A stretch of DNA of 64,000 nt from the human T2T-CHM13v2.0 reference genome, Homo sapiens: NCBI RefSeq assembly GCF_009914755.1, contig NC_060932.1; one strand, written 5' to 3'. Of the stretch, positions 55,571 to 64,000 are shown one piece after another; position 1 is the first letter of the stretch, and every line of letters starts with the position of its first letter. The position numbers were made by a program, and so were the translations under genes. Under the pieces are notes generated by a model, which saw only the letters and a program-made list of their open reading frames with translations, was not told where the DNA came from and ran no database searches.

Positions 55571-58500
55571 TAAAGTATTGTCTATTTGAACACATAAAAT
55601 GTATTCTCCCAGTTTGGGCAGAAACAGGACTTCTGCAAGGCCTGGAGAAGTAAGGAAGACTGAAGCAAATGGAATCCATGGCACTTTCCAATTTTGTACT
55701 TTCTCTTTCTGTCTCTCCTTACTTTCATTTCTTGACCTACTCCTAGACCCATGCAGATACCAAATTTTACAAATTTTACTACCAGCAAATAGTTATCTAT
55801 TATGCAGTTAAACTGTGCTATGTGTAGGGATGCAGAGCAAATCAAGACATAGCATATGCCTTCAAGAAGCCAATGATGTCCTTGTGAGAACAAAACTCAT
55901 ATATGTAAAAAAAAATTGCTAGTTCAAAATGTCAGAGGCTGAGAACCAGGAATATGGCCTGAACAGTTGTGTGCCCTATCAGGAGAGATTCACTAAAAGT
56001 TAGTAGACTTCAGGAATAATTTTCAGTGCACATAAAGCTTGAACTTAAGTAACATAGGTAGTTTTCAGATTTTAAAAGCAATTTTCAGTAAATACAAGTA
56101 GAGATATGGCCTGCAAAATAAGAGTAGGATATAGCAAGACACATTTCTTATTCTTCTGACAAGGTAGTACACAGTTCATCACTTTATTGACAAGATTTAT
56201 TGATGTGACTATTGTGATGTCATCAACAATGGCTTTGAAGTTCAGAACATGAGAAAGAGCTAATGGTAGGGACTGACTTGAAAGCCTTTGCATTCTAAGA
56301 ATGATGATTAGGTTTCTAATGTATTATTAAATAATGTCCAGCCCACAAAAAAGATGAAGTCTGCAAAGGTATACACAATAACTCTGTGCCTTGCTATGGT
56401 CCTATCTGATCTCAAACAAGAAGCTCTTTGGGTTGTGTTGCTGGTGGTTGGATGTGTTCTGAGCCATAGCTAGGCTTATGCACATAACAAAGTCTGATTC
56501 CCAGGAATCTTTTTAGGAAACACCTCCCAGATTAAGTAATATTTACCTACTTGTCCTCTTTGAACAGTGCTCCTACTGATTCTTTACCCTAATGAAGTTC
56601 ATGTCCCAACCCACACCCTTTTCCTAAAACAATTAAGCTTTTAGTGGTGACATGATGAAAAAGAAAAAAAAAAAATAGATGCAATGGCTGACTTTTGGAA
56701 AGTTCCCAGCAAAAAAAAATCCTGGTGGCTTTCTGAGTCTCAGCATGTTTCTTCTTAGTTCTGTGTACACTGAGATAAAAGTAGAGTGGGAGACTGAGTT
56801 TACCACCTGTGCTAAAGCAGCAGCTGTTAGCATTGGTGACATTCATTGTTACATGGATATCAATTGAGCTGGGATTAGGAAGCCGCCTGTCTCCTCAAGC
56901 TTGTTACGATTCAGTCACTTGGAAAAAAACAAAAACAGACTTTCAGATGAGGATTCTAATGCCCAGGTGACCTGAAAGCGAGGTTCAGCGTAGTCAATGA
57001 GCAACATGAAATGAAATTTCCAATCAGAATTCTCATTAGCCTTATTCAGCACTACCCAGATGGATGTTCCTTTTGATGTCTTTGTCATAGCAGCCTCACC
57101 TATGCAAATATTGCCAGTCTTACCCCTTATAGTAAGTTGAAGAACTTTTAAGGGTTGTGAACTTTACATAGGTAAGTGAATCAAGTATACTTGAAGAGCC
57201 TCTCTGTTGACATAAGTAATTAGATTATTGGACAAAGATCTGATCTAGTAATTTTCTTAGTATGTATGTGTGCCAAAGCCAAGAGAGGATATGTTATTAA
57301 TTAGCAAGCAAAATTTCTAACGTAGGGGTTTTCCCACATCTTAAGTAAAATTCTCGAAACCTGGAACTATGGCTGGCTCTCTGGAGGTGTTTCATAAATG
57401 CTTGCTGAATTAATGAATGTATCCACAGGCATCTTTTAAGTGGCTACAATGACATTAAGAAGAAATAAGGTCACAGAGTGTAGTTGCCGCCTCAGGCTCT
57501 GGGAAGGATGGGTCTGGAAACAACCCCACAGTAGACCATACACATTGTTTTTGAGACTTTCAGCTCATCCATTTGGTTACTGATTACAAGACGGTTTTTT
57601 TTTTCGTCTCAAAAAATGCTTTATTTCTCAGAATCCCATTTCAGCATTATTGGTTTTTCCCTCACCAATTCTATTTTCAGCTTTCTGCCTTTTCTCATAA
57701 TGACCTGTAGGTGATAAATTAGTAATAATAAAAATCAATAAAAAATGATAAAGTTTTTTTGGGGGGGGAAATAGGAATGAGTTTCATGTTAAGAAAAGAA
57801 GGAACGTTCCAGATGGAATTTTCTGTAATGTTAAATGTACCCATATGGCTTCTGGGAAATTTAGGGGCATCCTTTTGTATTAGGGCAACCTAATGCCACC
57901 TGCTTTAAAAATTCATATTAGGAAATAGCCACATTTTGACCTTCTTGAACGATGTTCCTTTATCAATCAAAAATATAAAGGGTGTTTTATTTATTAGTCA
58001 TTGTTGAAATCCGTAATCTCTTTCTATCGCCAAATTGTCTTAAAACGTCTGTCCAGCACATCATTGCAACCTTGACTGTCCCTTCCACTGTGTGTTGAAG
58101 AGTCACAGGTCCCAGGGGGAGCTGCGAAGAAACGTAAACCAAATACCATTTCAGTAACTGTTAAGGGACAATTGTGACGATTTTGTAATGCTTGGCATGT
58201 TTTGCTTATAATCTTGTCCTACAAAGAAGCCTATCAGCAGAGATGAGAGATTTTTGCTATGCAAAGATTAGATTAATATTGATATTTGCAGAACTGGGTT
58301 CAACCTGTGGGAGACCTAGTCGCAGGTCTTGTAGAATTTATAGCATATTAAGAAGATATTTAAATATTTGGCTTCAGTGTGATGGCCTCATTTCTACATA
58401 CCTTTCTAATATGTGCCAACTCTCTCTTCTTCATTTCACTTGTCCGCTGAAAGATGAGTCATCAAGTCTGGTTGAACCTATCTAATATCTCTTGAATCAG

Positions 58501-58630
58501 TATGTCTCTGCATCTGTATTGCCATTACCCTAGTTCTGGCCATCCTCATTGACCACCTGACTTTCTGCCTAAATGGTCTCCTACTTTCTGGTCTTGTATA
58601 CTTTCAACCCTTTCTCTGCAATCAGAGTGA

Positions 58631-58993
<363 letters not shown>

Positions 58994-59237
58994 TCTTTCA
59001 GTCTTACTGTTCGTCATTTTTTTCCCTCCCCTTTCTGCACCCTCTTCACTCTGCTTTCCCATTCTCTATGCCTGGGCTACATCTTAAAAGACGCCATGTT
59101 CTCCTGGGGTCTCTGGTGTCCCTGATTCTGGAAATGCTTTCCTGTCTCTTCTCTCTACCCCATTTCACTTAGATAAGTCCTATTTATCCTTGAGATTTCT
59201 CATAGGTGGCAGTCTTTTTCCCATAAGACTTTTCCTG

Positions 59238-59580
59238 TTCTAGACCTGGTGGCTCACACCTGTGATCCTAGCACTTTGGGAGGCACAGCCAGGGCGAATG
59301 AACCCAGGTGTTTGATACCAACCTGGGCAACATAGTGAGACTCCATCTCTACAAAAAATAAACAACCAGGCGTGGTGATGAGCACCTGTAGTCCAGGCAT
59401 GGTGGTGAGCACCTTTAGTCCCAGCTACTCAGGAGGCTGAGGTGGGAGGATTGCTTGAGCCTGGGAGGTCAAGACTTCAGTGAGCCGTGATCATGCCACT
59501 GCATTCCAGCCTGGGCAACAGAGCGAGACCCTGTCTTAAAAAAAAAAAAAAAAAAAAAAAGAAGAAGAAGAAGAAAAGAA
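59238..59580 (+). mobile_element. Alu, J-type, with internal 27-bp duplication
   Basis: Dimer with A/GAA tail; degenerate TSD aagacttttcctg / aaaactttccctg. Confidence 0.93.
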
Positions 59581-60024
59581 AAACTTTCCCTGATATATTT
59601 AGGTTGAGACTAGACACCCTCTTATCTGCTCCCACAATGCCCACGTCCTCCATCACTGTACTGACCATACTCTGGTAATTGGCTGTTTATCTGTCCAATG
59701 CCTTCCCTAGACCAGAAGCTCCTAAAGGACAGAGCCTGTATTCCCATTCGTAGTACCAGCATTCAGCACAGTAGCTGGACCTGACTAAGCACCAAGTAAA
59801 TATTTGTTGAATTAAGAAAATTAAAAAAAAAGTGAGAAGTCAACAGTCTCTTAATCAATTGTAAAGAAACACTTTACTAGGATGTTCTGACAGCTACTCC
59901 AAAGTATCAAATATTTTAAGTGAAATTGTGATGTCTGGTGACATTTTTTCAATATTTTAGATTTCTTACACACAACTTATTTTATTTTCATCCACTGAAG
60001 CTCTCAAGCATCTTGTTAAAATAA

Positions 60025-60290
<266 letters not shown>

Positions 60291-60299
60291 AATATATAT

Positions 60300-60728
60300 A
60301 TTTTTTTGACTTTTATTTTAGGTTCAGTGATACAAGTGCTGGTTTGTTATATAGATAAACTCATGTCACGGGGATCTGTTGTGCAGATTGTTTTGTCACT
60401 CAGGTACTAAGCCCAGTACCCAATACTTACTTTTTCTTTTCCTCTCTCCACCCTGACCCTCCACTCCCAGATAGACACCAGGGTCTGCTGTTCTTGTCCT
60501 TGTGTCCATGTGTTCTCATCATGTAGCTCCCACTTAAAAGTGAGAATATGTGGTATTTGGTTTTCCATTCCTGTGCTAGTTCACTGAGAATGATGGCCTC
60601 TAACTCCATCCATGTTCCTAGAAAGGACATGATCTCGTTCTTTTTTATGGCTGCATAGTATTCCATGCTGTATATGTACCATATTTTCTTTATCCAGTCC
60701 ACCACTGATGGGCATTTAGGTTGATTCC
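60300..60728 (-). mobile_element. 5'-truncated older L1PA (PA13-16-like) 3' end
   Basis: ORF2p C-terminal relic WIKKIWYIYSMEYYAAIKKNEIMSF; TSD tatatatttttt. Confidence 0.93.
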
Positions 60729-62296
60729 TATATATTTTTTAATTGACAAAAATAATAACCCACAGAATCACTAAGTAGGGGAAAGATCAGCTGCTGATAT
60801 TTTGGATGTACTTTTCTCGAGTCCAAAGGATAATTCAGTCAACTTAAAATAGTTATTTAAAAATGTGAACAGAATTTGTGGATGTTGAGACAGATTCACA
60901 GATCCTTAGGAAATATTAAAACTTTTGAAAAATGGCCACAGGATCTGAAGGAAAAGAGCAGTTGGGCACTTAATGCCACAAGTTACTCTTATAAATCATT
61001 ATGCTAATGATAGAACTGAGGTGGTTCATTTGGGAAAAAAATTGAAATAACATTTAGGAAAAGCTGAGAGGCTGGCGATCACCATTATGAAGACAGCAGC
61101 CTGCACTATTATTAGATGCCACCAATAAGGGGACCATATATAACTGAAGGATGACTTTAGGAGTCATTGTAAACCTGTCTTCTGACAGCAGCTTGAGACA
61201 GGAATTGCATTCTTCCTCTAAATCCTTTTAATTTAGTAAAGCCCTTTATTGAAACATTTACAAGCAAATGTAAACTTTTAAGGATTCTTACATCCCATAA
61301 AAGCAGTAATTTTGGCATATAGCTCATCAACATGAAATGAGTAAAAACATGGGAAGGCAGTACTTTTTGAATGTTGTATGCCATTTGGCAAATCTACATG
61401 TTCCTCCCTTTTTTCGCATCTCCACGTTCCTCCTAAATGAAGGAGTTGTTGTTGATGTTGGTTTACTTTAATATGTCCAATTATACCATTATCATCTATT
61501 TATCAAAATAGTGCCATTTAATTGCCTTTTGCTTTAAGCTGTATTTTATATGAAAGATTCCTAGTGTTATTTCTGTCCTTTGGAATATTATCCAGCAGAG
61601 GGAATTTTAGGATCTACTTGATAATACAGATTTGCTAATTTCCACGTTAGTACTTCAGTGTTATTTAGTTACACAGTTTCGGGCCTCATGATGTGTTTGA
61701 TGATTTGGGAGTGATAAAATGAGTCTTAAGTAAAAATCTTTTAATTAAAACAAACAAAGGATCAGTTTTTATGGGAAACCAGTCAGTCAGCAAGTACATG
61801 TGTTTTAAGTCCAGAAGGATGCTCAAGTGGAGGGGTAGAGAGAGAGCCCTTGGGATCCAGGGATTGTAGAGTAACTGCTCCCATTATGCCAGGCCTAGCA
61901 GGGCTGTCCCACTGTCTCTGCCCTCACACTGACCACTTCATTACTGGTTGTTTTTACTGAGCATCTTTTCAGAGATTTCTGAGAACATGGTAATTTTCCC
62001 AGACCATACACCTGAGAGATCAGGTACTATGTTGCCTTTAAAAACAACAACAACAACAACAAAAACCTTTATATTTTTCCTCTTTTTATGGTGAAATATG
62101 GCATATTTTATTATTTGGAGAAAGACAGAAAACATGGTTTTTTTCTCCCACAGGCCACAAAATACCATCTTCCTCTTACAGGGAATGAGACTTTTGTATA
62201 AAGAGGCACAATTTCCTGTCCCACTAGGAGAAAATTATTCTCTTGTCTGAGTCTCAACAGAAGCTTGTGTTAGTTGCTGTTATAAATTAAACTACT

Positions 62297-62845
62297 ACTC
62301 AACCCAGCAGTCCCATTACTGGGTATATATCCAAAGGAATATAACTGTTCTACCATAAAAACACACGCATGCTTATGTTCATTGCAGCACTGTTCACAAT
62401 CTAAAAGACATGAAATCAACCTAAATGCCCATCAACAGTAAACAGGATAAAGAAAATGTGGTACATATATACCATGGAATACTATGCAGCCATAAAAAGA
62501 ACAAATTTATGTCCTTTACAGGTACATGGATGGAGCTGGAGGCCATTATCCTTAGCAAACTAATGCAGGAACAGAAAACCAAATACTGCATGTTCTCACT
62601 TACAAATGGGAGCTAAATGACGAGAATACATGGACACATAGAGGCAAACAAGAGACACTGGGGCCTACTTGAGGGTGGAGGGTGGGAGGAGGGAGAGGAT
62701 CAGAAAAAATAACTGTTGGGTACTAGGCTTAGTACCTGGATGATGAAGTGGTCTGTACAACAAACCCCCATGGCACAAGTTTACCTATATAACAAACCTG
62801 CACATGTACCCATGAACCTAAAATAAAAGTTTAAATAAATAAATA
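62297..62845 (+). mobile_element. 5'-truncated older L1PA (PA13-16-like) 3' end
   Basis: cccagcagtcccattactgggtatatatccaaagg...FMSFTGTWMELEAIILSKL...aacaaacctgcacatgtacc...(TAAA)n tail. Confidence 0.95.
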
Positions 62846-64000
62846 AACTTGGTCTCCAGTGTTAAATATGATATGTCATCATCCTCATTTCCTTCATCCA
62901 GCTATTTTATATTCCTCCCATCTGCTCTGTCCTAATATTTATATTCTGTAGGCCTTATCGTGCATCTCTTATTCCTTCTAAATATGTTTTACTCTGCCTG
63001 GTTCCTCCACTCTTTTGGCTCTTGTTTTCCTACTTCCTTTAATGTAACAGTAACACAGTGAGCACTTAATAGCAGTCTAGAATAAACTCTGTGTTCCTGC
63101 TTTAATCTATATCTGGTCTTTATCTCTCACCTTTATCTTTACCTCTGTCACTGTGTGGACTTACACTGAAAACAGAACTATACCATGCCCCCATCTCCAT
63201 GCTGAGTAGCTGGTTTATAAATCAGGAGAGACAATGCTCTTTAGATATTCTTAAATTTGTTATAATTCTTTCCTGTTATCCAGCTCCTCAACCTCCCTTC
63301 CCAGCTCTGTCTACCACTTTGTATCACTTAAGCCACGTTTTATCTACGTCTTCTCTGTCACTAACCTTTAGTCCCTTGAAACAGGCACAACCAAACAGGA
63401 CTGACATTTTGCAAGTCCCTTGAGATTTTGCCTAATCCTTCACAGCAACCTACAAAGTCAATCTGGGGCTGGTGGAAATTCTCCTCTTTCAGCTTTTTCC
63501 TTCTTTTGGAATTTGGGGGTGTTTTCACAGAGTGATTTACCAAGAAAACATTCTAAATCCTCAAGGATCACTTATCCCTTACCTCGTGGTTGTTTGCTCG
63601 AGACCAAGCACAACTGGACATTTTTGAACTTACGTCTTTCTCCCTACCCTCTTTGTTCTCCTTCTCCCCCTTCATAAAATCTGACTTCAGTTTGGCCTTC
63701 AAGTGAGATTGACTTTTAGCCCCTTCCATTTGGCAAATCCTTCAACAAAAAAACAGAAGTGTCATTTTTACGGGGTGACAAAGCATTAAGAAGATCGCTT
63801 TTTCAGCCTTGCTGTGCTTCATTATAGGTAAGTCCTCATGTGGCACCTTTTACAAGAGGAAGTATTGTCATGCTAACAAAATGGTTTCAGATAGTATGAA
63901 ATCAGTGGTGAGAAGAATGGCTATAAGGAATGGGCTCTACAATTACTGTCACTCTCACCAAAAGAGAACGCAAGGAATGCATATTTCATCTCATGGCGAC

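Overview
Primate (very probably human or great-ape) non-coding genomic DNA, either a large intron or an intergenic region. It is AT-rich and CpG-depleted, with no CpG island. I found no convincing protein-coding exon, tRNA, rRNA or CRISPR array. The window is dominated by interspersed repeats: about 27 Alu/FLAM/FRAM elements (J, S and Y types, many with readable target-site duplications, TSDs), L1PA/L1MA/L1ME fragments, L2 and MIR relics, MaLR LTRs (an MSTA solo LTR with a perfect 5-bp TSD and two MLT1), and hAT DNA transposon relics (MER58A x2, MER45A, an internally deleted Zaphod-like element). Many listed ORFs are Alu, L1 or microsatellite read-throughs and the rest look like chance ORFs. 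The most notable non-standard structures are a ~359-bp tandem duplication (20736-21452), smaller tandem duplications, Alus with templated direct-plus-inverted insertions, a palindromic RUNX-type site in unique sequence, and a few splice-signal configurations. I see no sequence evidence for a new biological system. Subfamily names come from recalled consensus features and were not checked with RepeatMasker.
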